A stretch of DNA of 62,930 nucleotides from a virus (lineage: Duplodnaviria; Caudoviricetes): IMG/VR virus record IMGVR_UViG_3300009164_000073, positions 1-62,930 of that record, one strand, 5' to 3'. Positions 6,423-16,303 of this stretch are shown here, piece after piece. The notes under the pieces were generated by a model that worked only from the letters and a program-made list of their open reading frames with translations, ran no database searches and was not told the origin of the DNA. The translations under genes and the position numbers were made by a program. The stretch's first letter is position 1. Every line of letters begins with the position of its first letter.

Positions 6423-6467
6423 ACCCCGTTAATTTTGGTTGACGGGGTTTTTGTTTGGCGTTATAAT
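6423..6467 (+). promoter_or_regulatory. terminator hairpin fused to a sigma70 promoter
   Basis: ACCCCGTTAA/TTGACGGGGT + TTTT; TTGACG(6439)-17-TATAAT(6462). Confidence 0.75.
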
Positions 6468-6473
6468 TATGGT

Positions 6474-6674
6474 ATGATAGAAGTAAAAAGTAAAACAAAA
6501 ACAGAAAAATTCGAAACACTAGCCCTTGCAATGACTTGGGCTAAGACTGTAGATGAGTTCGTAACCATTAATGTTAATGGTATGGAAATAGTAGGACGAT
6601 TTGGCGCTGACAGCATTGTCAACGGCAAGTGTCCAGATGGTGTAGATTACACCTGGAAAAAACGGAGAATATAA
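6474..6674 (+). CDS. hypothetical protein (probably leaderless)
   Basis: ATG 6 nt after the -10 box; MIEVKSK... Confidence 0.6.
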   Translation: MIEVKSKTKTEKFETLALAMTWAKTVDEFVTINVNGMEIVGRFGADSIVNGKCPDGVDYTWKKRRI

Positions 6675-7186
6675 TGCCTTGGATTGAAAACATACCGTTG
6701 GAAAATGTAGCAAAAGGTCAACATCACGATTGCGGGGCTAACAGTATGCTGATCCAAATTTCGGATCACGATATGGCTTTTCCTACACCAAAGCATACAT
6801 TCAAAGAAGTGCATCAGTTTACTTTTTTGGATATTGAAGAAGACGGTATGACCAATACCGGCGGTGGTATGATTGACCTCAGCGAGTTTGCTATTACAGA
6901 TGAACAGGCTGCAGAACTTGTTCGCTTGCTACAACACGCAATGGAAAATCGTATGAACGTAGTGGTTCATTGCCACGCAGGTATCTGCCGTAGTGGTGCA
7001 GTCTGTGAAGTTGGGGTTATGCTGGGTTTTGGAGACTGTGAACGATTCCGAGCACCTAACCTGCTAGTCAAGCATAAAATGATGCGGGTACTTGGTTGGA
7101 CTTACGACAGCGAAGAAAAGTCCTATGATGTACACGGTACGACAAACGAGTGGGGTTTCATCACTCCAAACAAAGCGATTGACTAA
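6674..7186 (+). CDS. protein-tyrosine-phosphatase-like (CX5R) protein
   Basis: VVHCHAGICRSGA P-loop; GGAG RBS before MPWIENIP. Confidence 0.8.
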   Translation: MPWIENIPLENVAKGQHHDCGANSMLIQISDHDMAFPTPKHTFKEVHQFTFLDIEEDGMTNTGGGMIDLSEFAITDEQAAELVRLLQHAMENRMNVVVHCHAGICRSGAVCEVGVMLGFGDCERFRAPNLLVKHKMMRVLGWTYDSEEKSYDVHGTTNEWGFITPNKAID

Positions 7187-7207
7187 TTAACTGTTTGATG
7201 CTATAAT
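7179..7207 (+). promoter_or_regulatory. sigma70 promoter
   Basis: TTGACT-17-TATAAT with extended TG. Confidence 0.8.
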
Positions 7208-7234
7208 TGTATATTAAACAGTGAAAGGCATAAA

Positions 7235-7405
7235 ATGGCTGGCAAAGCGAAATCGGTTTACCTAACAGTGACAACAATGGATCACAAATCAGTTTTCCAT
7301 CGTATGTTTTTCAATGCAAAAGAATTCAACGAGTTTGTTAAAACTGATGAGTTCAAAGCAAAGTACCCAACAACAGAATTTAAAATTGTAAAAGAAGTTT
7401 ACTAA
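7235..7405 (+). CDS. small hypothetical protein (56 aa)
   Basis: AAAGG RBS, MAGKAKSVYLTV...; not in the track. Confidence 0.6.
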   Translation: MAGKAKSVYLTVTTMDHKSVFHRMFFNAKEFNEFVKTDEFKAKYPTTEFKIVKEVY

Positions 7406-7420
7406 AGAAAGGAGGCGAGT

Positions 7421-8026
7421 ATGCCAAGTGTATTCTTAGTAAGCGATACACACTTTGGACACTCAGGTGTATGTCGCTTCACCCGCAATGACGGGTCAAA
7501 ATTGCGTCCGTGGACAGATCCAGATGAAATGGACGAAGCAATGATTTTAGCCTGGAACGAGCGAGTCAAGCCCACTGACAAGGTCTATCATTTGGGCGAT
7601 GTTGTCATTAACCGTAAGGCTATGAAAACATTGGCTCGACTGAACGGTGATAAAGTATTGATCCGCGGTAACCACGACATCTTTAGAGATGACGAATATC
7701 GCGAATACTTTAGAGAGTTGCGAGCTTATCACGTTATGAACGGTATGATCTTGAGTCATATTCCAGTACATAGCGACAGCTTGGGGCGTTTTGGAGTTAA
7801 CATTCACGGACACTTGCACAGTAATCGTGTTAAGAAACCCCGAGGAGTGGACGCTAAAACAGGAGAAATCTTGTATAGCGATCAAAACGATGTGCGTTAT
7901 CACTGCGTTTGCGTAGAGCAAACACCGGACTTTGCACCTATCTTGTTTGAAGATGTTATCAAACGCATCGAAGCAGAAGGCGGATCAGTTGGATTTAGGA
8001 ACGGAAACGGACCTACAGTGGATTAA
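7421..8026 (+). CDS. calcineurin-like metallophosphoesterase
   Basis: SDTHFGH, HLGD, GNHD, SH.P and HGHLH motifs. Confidence 0.9.
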   Translation: MPSVFLVSDTHFGHSGVCRFTRNDGSKLRPWTDPDEMDEAMILAWNERVKPTDKVYHLGDVVINRKAMKTLARLNGDKVLIRGNHDIFRDDEYREYFRELRAYHVMNGMILSHIPVHSDSLGRFGVNIHGHLHSNRVKKPRGVDAKTGEILYSDQNDVRYHCVCVEQTPDFAPILFEDVIKRIEAEGGSVGFRNGNGPTVD

Positions 8027-8040
8027 ACTGCGTAGTTTTA

Positions 8041-8066
8041 ATAGGGCCTTAGGGCCCTATTTTTTT
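8041..8066 (+). terminator. intrinsic terminator
   Basis: ATAGGGC-CTTAGG-GCCCTAT + T run; followed by a TAAATA late-type motif at 8075. Confidence 0.75.
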
Positions 8067-8112
8067 GGCTGGCATAAATATATTGAATACCTTACATCCA
8101 GGAGTTTTAGAT

Positions 8113-9741
8113 ATGCCATTACAGATTCGCAGAGGCCTTGACGCGGAAAGACTAGCCCTAACGCCAGCTACAGGCCTAGCACAAGGCGAACTAGTCTATG
8201 TTACAGACTCAAAACGTCTTTACATAGGAACCGGTTCAGCAGGCGAGCATCAAGGCGTTGCTATTACTGGTTATACCAACGAGGACGCACAGGATGCGGC
8301 CGCTGGACTTTTTACCGCTACTACAACTAGCGGTACTACAAATACTAACATTTCATTTGCCTACAACGATTCAGCAAATAAAGTAGTAGCCACAGTTGAC
8401 CTTACCGCATTAGGCACTAACATCGGTCTTAACGGTCATACAATTACAGGTAACGGTAGCATTACTATCAGCGGACTTGTTACAGCAGACCTAAAAGGTT
8501 CTGTTGCAGGTGACGACTCAGTGCTGCTAGTAAACGGTGCCGATTCAACGGTTAACCTAAGCGAAACTATTGTTGCAGATGTTAAACCAAGAATTAACTT
8601 TTCGCCAAATCTAGGAGCAACATCAAGAAGATTCAATGCTCTATTTGTTAGCGGAACAGGTGGTGTTGACGTAGGCGGTGCACTTATCACTGGTACTGGC
8701 GGCATACTTAATCTACCAGCTGGTTCATTAATTAATGGCCGTCCTATCACTCCAATAGACGGTGCGTTTACGGTACTAGATATCAAAGGCTCTGTGTTCG
8801 GTGATGATTCTACACTGCTAGTCGATTCTGTGGCAGGCACCATCAAAGGTGCTGTGGACAGTACTACAGTCAAAGCTAGTTCGTATGTGCAATCTCCATT
8901 AATAAATGCAGGTAGTCTTACACAGAATGGCGTGTTCAATGTTTATAATACTACAGACTTTTTTGGAACATTCTTTACCATAACAACATCTGGTCCCGGA
9001 GCTTTCCTAGATTTCCACGCTTCGAGAGGAACCCTTGCTTCACCTGCTGCATCACAAAATAATGATTACATCAGTGGTATTCTTTTAAAAGGACATAACG
9101 GAACTGCCTATGTACGTGCTGCGGCAGTTGTTGCTCTAGCAGACGGTAATGTCGTTAACGGTGAAGTTCCTGGAAAAGTTGTTATTTCTACTAAGAACTA
9201 TGCAGGTACTTTAGACAATTCATTCACGTTTAACAGTCGCGGAGTATTCGAAGCTCCGGTAATTAAACATACACCATTCGCAGATGCTACTGCACGTGAT
9301 GTGGGTATGAATGCTGGTGCTGGTATGATAGTATATAATACAGCACTTGGCCAATTCCAAGGTTACACATCAGGTTGGTACAGTGTATTAACTTCTGACA
9401 AGATTGGTTATACTACAGGTGTTGGTGGCGCAGTTACACAGATTAATACCAAAGCAACATCAGTTACACTAAACAAGATTTCTGGACAGATTACCTCTCA
9501 TACAGAATCCCTAGCAGGTAATGCCACTGTTATTTTTGATGTTCTAAATAGCACTGTATCACAAACAGATACTATCATTATTAATATGAAATCTTCAGGA
9601 TCAAATATTGGACAGTATCAATGCTGGATCGCTTCTATTGGTAATAACACATTTACGGTTGCTCTAAGAAATATGAGTGGAAGTCCGCTCGCAGAAGCAG
9701 TGACAATGAACTTTGCTGTAATTAAAGCTGTTGCAGCTTAA
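8113..9741 (+). CDS. tail fibre / virion structural protein
   Basis: MPLQIRRG...GELVYVTD..RLYIG N-terminus typical of phage fibres; Gly/Thr-rich beta repeats; GGAG RBS. Confidence 0.75.
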   Translation: MPLQIRRGLDAERLALTPATGLAQGELVYVTDSKRLYIGTGSAGEHQGVAITGYTNEDAQDAAAGLFTATTTSGTTNTNISFAYNDSANKVVATVDLTALGTNIGLNGHTITGNGSITISGLVTADLKGSVAGDDSVLLVNGADSTVNLSETIVADVKPRINFSPNLGATSRRFNALFVSGTGGVDVGGALITGTGGILNLPAGSLINGRPITPIDGAFTVLDIKGSVFGDDSTLLVDSVAGTIKGAVDSTTVKASSYVQSPLINAGSLTQNGVFNVYNTTDFFGTFFTITTSGPGAFLDFHASRGTLASPAASQNNDYISGILLKGHNGTAYVRAAAVVALADGNVVNGEVPGKVVISTKNYAGTLDNSFTFNSRGVFEAPVIKHTPFADATARDVGMNAGAGMIVYNTALGQFQGYTSGWYSVLTSDKIGYTTGVGGAVTQINTKATSVTLNKISGQITSHTESLAGNATVIFDVLNSTVSQTDTIIINMKSSGSNIGQYQCWIASIGNNTFTVALRNMSGSPLAEAVTMNFAVIKAVAA

Positions 9742-10289
9742 TTCCAACGAGGATAGCGATTTAAATTCTCAAGAAACCTGTCTGGATATATACGCCAGAC
9801 AGTTTGATCCGTACTGCGATAATTCATTTCGCACACACGTTCTACAATACCTAACTTAGCAAGTGTAGGAAAGTAATGTCTGTGTACAAGTCTTTGACTT
9901 GCTGCTGTGCTTTCATTACTAGTAGCATACAACTCTCCCTTGGCCCAATTGATACAGGCAGGCAGTAGGAACTGGTCTGTTAAATTCTGATGTTCGGCGA
10001 TTAGTTTTTTAGGTGTAATCAATCCACCATTCTGACGGGCTGTACCAAATGTACAAGTACGTGCTAACACACGATAAGCAGTTGGGCCCATAAGTGTAAA
10101 AGAATGAGCGGCAACACTACCGACAGCCTTGTCGTCTTGATACAATATCCACGCAGCCCATTCTGGTTCATTTCGAAAACAATCTATCATTGCCTGTTGA
10201 CTAGAGTTGTTAAAAAATCCTCGACTGGCTGCTTCTTTGTAAAACTCTGTTAGATTAAGATCTTCACTCCAGGGAATTATTTTATACAT
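9738..10289 (-). CDS. GNAT-like acyltransferase (putative)
   Basis: WILY.DDKAVGSVA beta-strands and acyl-CoA-binding-like helix order; weak. Confidence 0.45.
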   Translation of the reverse strand: MYKIIPWSEDLNLTEFYKEAASRGFFNNSSQQAMIDCFRNEPEWAAWILYQDDKAVGSVAAHSFTLMGPTAYRVLARTCTFGTARQNGGLITPKKLIAEHQNLTDQFLLPACINWAKGELYATSNESTAASQRLVHRHYFPTLAKLGIVERVCEMNYRSTDQTVWRIYPDRFLENLNRYPRWN

Positions 10290-11176
10290 TCTAAATACCT
10301 AAGCAACGGACTTAGTCCTATAACTTTATTATTTTTTGTAGCCATATGAATAGTGTCACTAGGAGTAAGACCAAAATCATTACAAATTTTAAAGTGATTA
10401 TCACCGTGGTGATTCCAAAGATAATCCGGCTCACTGTTTTCTAAAATATAATTTGCTATCACAACTGGATAAGCAGTTACCTGTAAATGATCATTCATCA
10501 GAGTGATTGAATCCTCATTTAAAATTTTAGTCCAACGCAGTCCTATACGATTCCATCCGCTAGTACCATAACCCTTGCTCATACTTACTCCTAGACTTTC
10601 GATAGCAGGATGACTAAAATCTATATTAACGTTCCTAGCTGCCGTTAACCAGGCTGCATCGATATGCACGGGGATCTTCAGTTCAGCACAGGAGTCTAAT
10701 ATTTGATTCATATCGGCACGTTGTTTTCCAATACTACTAAATGGCGCTGAAATGATCAACGGCACTTTTGGGCGTAATGTACTAGGTAGTGATCCAACAA
10801 TAAATTTCCCTAATCGATGGTGATAGCTGTATTCTTTTTCTAATACCTGTACCTCTCCTTTTAAATGCAGGTTATCTATATACTGTGTACATCCTTGGAT
10901 AATATCAACACGATGTGCTAGGTCAAGGCCTGTTATTTTGTTTAGGGTCGATCCTACAATGTGTTGAGAAAATAGTCTTCTAAACTTTTCGTATATCGGC
11001 GAGGTTCCTTCAATTTGTGCTACTGAAAATGAATCGTCTATGCAATTCCAGTCGTAGTCTTTTTTATCTATTATATTTTGTATAAGAGACTGATGATGTT
11101 TATCAACAAACGGCCGGCATTTTGTTTTTTCTAAATACTGTTCATCATACGCACTAGGTGCAACTATATTAATCAT
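10277..11176 (-). CDS. PLP-dependent fold-type I enzyme
   Basis: PVHIDAAW, SMSKGYG (PLP Lys), RIGLR; start set at MINIVAP. Confidence 0.7.
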   Translation of the reverse strand: MINIVAPSAYDEQYLEKTKCRPFVDKHHQSLIQNIIDKKDYDWNCIDDSFSVAQIEGTSPIYEKFRRLFSQHIVGSTLNKITGLDLAHRVDIIQGCTQYIDNLHLKGEVQVLEKEYSYHHRLGKFIVGSLPSTLRPKVPLIISAPFSSIGKQRADMNQILDSCAELKIPVHIDAAWLTAARNVNIDFSHPAIESLGVSMSKGYGTSGWNRIGLRWTKILNEDSITLMNDHLQVTAYPVVIANYILENSEPDYLWNHHGDNHFKICNDFGLTPSDTIHMATKNNKVIGLSPLLRYLECIK

Positions 11177-11885
11177 AGTTGAAATCCTCAGAAAACTTGC
11201 CTTCAACTTTAATAGTCAAGCTGGATTTGTTATAAGAATTGATATTACCGTGCCAGTTATAATGATTAAAAGTAGCTGTATGTCCTTCTACAGGAACTTT
11301 ATGAGTTATGTTTCCAGACTCATTTATATCATACAAAAAAAACTCTCTATCAGTATCAAATCTAAACCAAATCAAATCTTGTAATTTATCTGGTTGACAT
11401 TGTTCTCCCTTTTCATAAGGTAAGAAGTTAAAGTCTCTATGGAACTTTAACGGGCAATAATGATCATTATAAAAAAAACTAACAGAGTCGATCTTCTTAA
11501 AAGGTAAGGTGTGTATCCAGTTGTGTATCACAGGAGTTACCCAAGGTTCGATATTTTTTTGCGGTGTGTAATCTATCAAATGCAAGATTTTATAAGGATT
11601 AAAAGATCCATATTTTAATTGTAGATATACAGCCAATTGCTCTTTATTGTCAAATTCTGTAAATTTAGAATCTTGATTTTTGTGCAATGTATAATACAAA
11701 AACGGATTTTCGATTATGTATCTCCATTGACAATCTATCGGAATACTTCCAGCATTCCAACTAGATACTGCTCGATCTTTATTTTTAGCAAACAAGAAGT
11801 AAAACTCATCTTTTAAACTTAAGAAGTGTTCTATGTCTAAATAGTTGTCTAGTGTGTAAAACGGTTTTTGTTTTAATAAAAGCAT
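11169..11885 (-). CDS. non-heme Fe oxygenase-like protein (HxD...H)
   Basis: FHRD...FNHYNWH...KVEG; paralog of 19321..20103. Confidence 0.6.
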   Translation of the reverse strand: MLLLKQKPFYTLDNYLDIEHFLSLKDEFYFLFAKNKDRAVSSWNAGSIPIDCQWRYIIENPFLYYTLHKNQDSKFTEFDNKEQLAVYLQLKYGSFNPYKILHLIDYTPQKNIEPWVTPVIHNWIHTLPFKKIDSVSFFYNDHYCPLKFHRDFNFLPYEKGEQCQPDKLQDLIWFRFDTDREFFLYDINESGNITHKVPVEGHTATFNHYNWHGNINSYNKSSLTIKVEGKFSEDFNYD

Positions 11886-11913
11886 ACTATTATTTATAGG
11901 AGTAAAACAGCCA

Positions 11914-12630
11914 ATGACAATTTCTAAATTTACCTACGATAAAAAATGGTTTGGTTTAGGAATTCCTAACGCTGACTTAACAGCTCCGTGGCAAACCCCA
12001 AATCTGGAAACTGATAAGTTTTATCCAGACCTAAGCGGCAGCATAGATTATAAATTAAATTCTCAAGGGTACCGAGATGTCGATTGGACCCCAGATCAGT
12101 TGAATAACAGTATATGGTGTGTAGGGCATAGTGATGTTGCAGGAATAGGCGTGGAGCACAAAGATAGTTGGCCTGCGTTATTAGAAAAGAGCACAGGAGT
12201 AAAAACAATTAATCTAGGAGTTGTTGGCGGCAGCTGGGACACTATCTCTAGAGTACTATCTTCTGCACTTACAACGCACAAACCAAAATTTGTTTTCATT
12301 CAGGCAACAACTAGAGATCGCAGAGAATACATTACTAACGAAAGACAACAGGTTGTATTACCAAGTATGGAAGACGATCGGCAAGTTGATTTAAATTTTT
12401 GGAAATTCATTGACGAAGAGAATAGCCAATATTCTTTAGAAAAAAATATAACTATTATTGATCTAGCCTGTAAAGTAGCTGGCGTTAACTATTTAATTTT
12501 TGATTTTGCTGATAGATGGAATATTATTAGAACATATCCTGCTGCTGACGGAAAACATATAGGTGTTGTACCTCACCGTATGATTTCAGAATACCTTACT
12601 GCTGAACTAAAGAAACACCAACTTGATTAA
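11914..12630 (+). CDS. SGNH/GDSL-fold hydrolase/acyltransferase-like
   Basis: NSQGYRD, CVGHS..GIGV, NLGV.GGS, DGKH. Confidence 0.65.
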   Translation: MTISKFTYDKKWFGLGIPNADLTAPWQTPNLETDKFYPDLSGSIDYKLNSQGYRDVDWTPDQLNNSIWCVGHSDVAGIGVEHKDSWPALLEKSTGVKTINLGVVGGSWDTISRVLSSALTTHKPKFVFIQATTRDRREYITNERQQVVLPSMEDDRQVDLNFWKFIDEENSQYSLEKNITIIDLACKVAGVNYLIFDFADRWNIIRTYPAADGKHIGVVPHRMISEYLTAELKKHQLD

Positions 12631-13273
12631 GAAATATTTTATCTAGAGTTAGTATTTCATCTAAGAAGATACTGTCGATAGTAAAACTTACAACACCTTC
12701 CTCAAATTTAAAATTAGTTATTTTCCCATCCTTGTTAGCATAATTTAACCAAGGACTAACAATTTGATCAAACGCATATCGATGCTTAACTGCTCCACTA
12801 ATAATAATATTTGTTGGGTTAGCTATTTCAGTTCTGTTCAATAGATTACGAACAACTAATTGATACCGGTCGGTATTTCCAAAATTAACAGCAGAATGTA
12901 GTACACCAGCATTCATTATCATCCAGGATGTGTGAGGTAAGGTTGGGTACAATTCCTTAGTGTTTAAATCTACAAGATAAGAGTTTTCGCCTAATATAGT
13001 AATATGCCATCGATCATCGATATCTGCGTGGACGGTGTAGCAGGCCCCTTCGGTTAACTTTATAAGTCTGGCCTCACCGTGATTGGGAAGTGTAGATAAA
13101 ATTTCTTCCCATACTGTGTTTTTGTATTCGGTTTTAATAATCCAAGGGTCGTAGAAAAAATCACCAGACGGAGTGTTTAATGACAGTTTAGTCTGCTCAA
13201 CGAAATTAGGAATAGACTGTTGAGCCCTTCCTAACTGCGTTTGACTAATTTGGTATTCAGTGTTGGTTAGCAT
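12596..13273 (-). CDS. Asp/Asn beta-hydroxylase-like 2OG-Fe(II) oxygenase
   Basis: EARLIKL...HADID.RWH...HSAVNFG..DR. Confidence 0.7.
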   Translation of the reverse strand: MLTNTEYQISQTQLGRAQQSIPNFVEQTKLSLNTPSGDFFYDPWIIKTEYKNTVWEEILSTLPNHGEARLIKLTEGACYTVHADIDDRWHITILGENSYLVDLNTKELYPTLPHTSWMIMNAGVLHSAVNFGNTDRYQLVVRNLLNRTEIANPTNIIISGAVKHRYAFDQIVSPWLNYANKDGKITNFKFEEGVVSFTIDSIFLDEILTLDKIFLNQVGVSLVQQ

Positions 13274-13313
13274 TGAAATATTTATGTGCTATTATTATAG
13301 GGTAAATATTAAT

Positions 13314-14162
13314 ATGGAACGATATAAGGTAGCCCCAACATACGAAGAACACTGGTTAGAGACAGATAGACCTCAACCACTATCCGACACAAGAATAGAA
13401 ACTGTTATACAAGGTATTCTAGATGGTCGGTTAGGTATGGATATTACTGATAAAGTTTATACTGATTTTAAAAAAGAAACCAGCGATTGGATTTTTAATA
13501 CTCAACTAAACAGCCTAACCGGGTTTGATTCATTTAATCGATTAGATATTACCCAAGGCTGTACACAGTTTATTGACACTATCTATATGAAAGGTCCCGT
13601 CCAGGTGTTACAGGGTGATTATAAGTATCATCATAGATTAGGCAACTGGGGACGAACCGTTGGCAATCTATCTGCTAATATTCCACTAATCATAGCAATG
13701 CCCTTTCCTAGCACAGGATCGGTACACACTCAAATGGAGGATATATTGAATGAATGTTTGGACAAAAAGATTGAAGTACATATCGACGGCGCTTGGATCA
13801 GTTGCTGTCGTGATATTGATTTTGATTTTAGTAATGATGCTATTAGATCCGTTGGCATCAGTCTTAGCAAAGGTCTTGGTCTCGGCTGGAACCGCGTAGG
13901 ACTTAGGTGGACAAAAGACGACAAGCCAGATGCAATTACTTTAATGAATGATTTTAGAATGAACCTTAGAGCAGTATCAATGATTGGCTTACATTTTATA
14001 AGAAATTTCCCCAGTGATTACCTATGGACAACCTACGGTGATATCTACCATAAAGTCTGCAAAGATTTTAATCTGACTCCTACCAAGAGTATACATCTTG
14101 CACTTAGAAACGGTCAAGCCGTTGGCATTAGCCCATTAATAAGATATGCCTCAAACAATTAA
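13314..14162 (+). CDS. PLP-dependent fold-type I enzyme (paralog of 10277..11176)
   Basis: VHIDGAW, SLSKGLG, RVGLR; shares QGCTQ.ID with its paralog. Confidence 0.7.
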   Translation: MERYKVAPTYEEHWLETDRPQPLSDTRIETVIQGILDGRLGMDITDKVYTDFKKETSDWIFNTQLNSLTGFDSFNRLDITQGCTQFIDTIYMKGPVQVLQGDYKYHHRLGNWGRTVGNLSANIPLIIAMPFPSTGSVHTQMEDILNECLDKKIEVHIDGAWISCCRDIDFDFSNDAIRSVGISLSKGLGLGWNRVGLRWTKDDKPDAITLMNDFRMNLRAVSMIGLHFIRNFPSDYLWTTYGDIYHKVCKDFNLTPTKSIHLALRNGQAVGISPLIRYASNN

Positions 14163-15414
14163 TCCACCAACATTTTGTATGCACCCATTTACTGGGCTTG
14201 CTACTAGAGAAGACGGCGCAATACAGGTATGTTGTCGTAGCCATCCTATTGGTAATATAAAAGATAACACCCTGGAAGAGATCTGGAACGGAGACAATAT
14301 GAAACGTATCCGTAAGCAAGTGCTCACAGGGTATCGACCAAAGGAGTGTGAGCCCTGTTTTAGTTTAGAAGACCAAGGTGTTGAAAGTTTACGGCAACGA
14401 CACGTACTTGGAAAAATCCCAGAGGCACGGATTAATTTATATCCCAATGCCGTTAGTACAATGCGTAAAGATCATACAATGCCGTTTGAGATTCCTACTA
14501 TGGAACTTAAACTTAATAACTTATGTAATTTAAAATGTCGTATGTGTCATCCGGGGGATAGTACCGCTTGGAATGATTGGGCAGAAGTTAAAGAGTTTTA
14601 CAAAGGTGAAGGGCAGGTTATATTCGATATCGTTGAAGAACACAATTTAGAAAAGAAACCGTTACTAGATAAGTTTGAAGATAATCCCAATTGGTGGATT
14701 AGTTTAGAAAAGAACTTACCCTACTTCCGACGTGTGGAATTCGCAGGAGGCGAGCCTCTAATGGATCCGCAACACTTTCGAATATTAGATATGCTTGCTC
14801 CGTATGGTGATCAAATTGAAATCAAATATGCCACTAACTTAACCACGCTAGGTAAGAGCAATCGCACAGTTTGGCAATACTGGCCTAAATTTAAATCAGT
14901 AGCGGTAAATGTAAGTATTGACGGTATTGGCACTAGCTATGAATACATTCGCGGCAATGCCAGCTGGGCTGAACTTATAAACAACATTAAACAAATACAA
15001 ACTATTCCAAATATTAGTCGCATTGTGGGAGCAGTGGCTGTGCAGGTCAGTAACATTCTCATACTTGACAAAATGATAGAATATTTTTTAAACGATTTAG
15101 GTATTGTATTTTATACTAATATGGTACAATATCCCAACGTATTATCTGCACAAGTTATTCCTAACGAATTAAAATCAATAGCTATTATTCGTTTAAAAGA
15201 TGTTAGGGAATTAGTTCCGACTTTTAAATTAGTAAAAGAACATCCGATGTTAGAAGAGCTAACTTACAAACAAATCGACGGCATAATTAATTTCATCCTA
15301 GCAAAGGATAATACCCACTTGTGGAATGATTGCATAGAGTATAACCGTCGATTAGATGTCACAAGAGAACAGAGTTTCTTTGATGTAACTCCAGAGTTTA
15401 AACCCTATGTTTAA
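14146..15414 (+). CDS. radical SAM protein with N-terminal twitch/SPASM-like domain
   Basis: CNLKCRMC, AGGEP, SIDG; N-terminal FC.HP...CC...C..C. Confidence 0.9.
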   Translation: MPQTINPPTFCMHPFTGLATREDGAIQVCCRSHPIGNIKDNTLEEIWNGDNMKRIRKQVLTGYRPKECEPCFSLEDQGVESLRQRHVLGKIPEARINLYPNAVSTMRKDHTMPFEIPTMELKLNNLCNLKCRMCHPGDSTAWNDWAEVKEFYKGEGQVIFDIVEEHNLEKKPLLDKFEDNPNWWISLEKNLPYFRRVEFAGGEPLMDPQHFRILDMLAPYGDQIEIKYATNLTTLGKSNRTVWQYWPKFKSVAVNVSIDGIGTSYEYIRGNASWAELINNIKQIQTIPNISRIVGAVAVQVSNILILDKMIEYFLNDLGIVFYTNMVQYPNVLSAQVIPNELKSIAIIRLKDVRELVPTFKLVKEHPMLEELTYKQIDGIINFILAKDNTHLWNDCIEYNRRLDVTREQSFFDVTPEFKPYV

Positions 15415-16303
15415 AGTTACCAGTGCTTGGCCGCATCAGGATCAATTAAAGGTTGAATGGAATCTTGGCAAAAGGTGCAACTACGATTGTACATATTGTC
15501 CGGCAAGCATACACGATCACCATAGCCCTCATACTGACATAAATTTGTTGGAGGCAACTGTAGATAAACTGTGTGCGATTGGTAAGCCATTGCGCATTAG
15601 CCTAACAGGAGGCGAACCTTGTGTACACCCGGACATTGAAGACTTATTAGAATACTTTAGACGCAAAGATGTGTTCTGGGTAAATTTGACAACTAACGGT
15701 ACACGCCCCAGTAACTGGTACCTACAAAATGAGATGTTTTTCAACCACTTAGTGTTCAGTCTGCATTTCGAACACGATTGGGAACGGGTGCATAGAAATA
15801 TCATACAGTACCAGGCAGGGACTCAAACAGATTTCTTTGTCAATGTTATGGCACATCATAAACATATGGACAGTGTTCGCAAGGTAGTTAAAGAGTACAG
15901 CGATCGTGGAATAAAATATGCTGTTAGGCGTATTCGATGGACTGACGGCGACCACAATATATTTGATGATTTAAAATATGAAGGTAAAGATCTTGAATGG
16001 ATACTGAATCAAGATTCTACTGTAAAACCCAATTGTAGGATAGATGAGTCAGAAATAATGCACAGTAACGATGTTATTAAAAAACATTTAAATCAATTTA
16101 AAGATTGGTCTTGCAACGCCGGACTCGAAAGTCTTATGATAAATTGGGACGGTGATGTTCATCGTGCGACCTGTAGAGTCGGTGGCAGTCTAGGTAACAT
16201 TTATAAAGGTAGCTTTGTTGTTCCTAGCAACCCCATTGTATGTACTAGAGACTGGTGTACCTGTGCTGCAGATATTCCATTAACAAAAATTAAAAATGAT
16301 TAA
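15407..16303 (+). CDS. radical SAM protein, C-terminal SPASM/twitch
   Basis: CNYDCTYC, TGGEP, TTNG; C-terminal C..G...C...C.C. Confidence 0.9.
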   Translation: MFKVTSAWPHQDQLKVEWNLGKRCNYDCTYCPASIHDHHSPHTDINLLEATVDKLCAIGKPLRISLTGGEPCVHPDIEDLLEYFRRKDVFWVNLTTNGTRPSNWYLQNEMFFNHLVFSLHFEHDWERVHRNIIQYQAGTQTDFFVNVMAHHKHMDSVRKVVKEYSDRGIKYAVRRIRWTDGDHNIFDDLKYEGKDLEWILNQDSTVKPNCRIDESEIMHSNDVIKKHLNQFKDWSCNAGLESLMINWDGDVHRATCRVGGSLGNIYKGSFVVPSNPIVCTRDWCTCAADIPLTKIKND

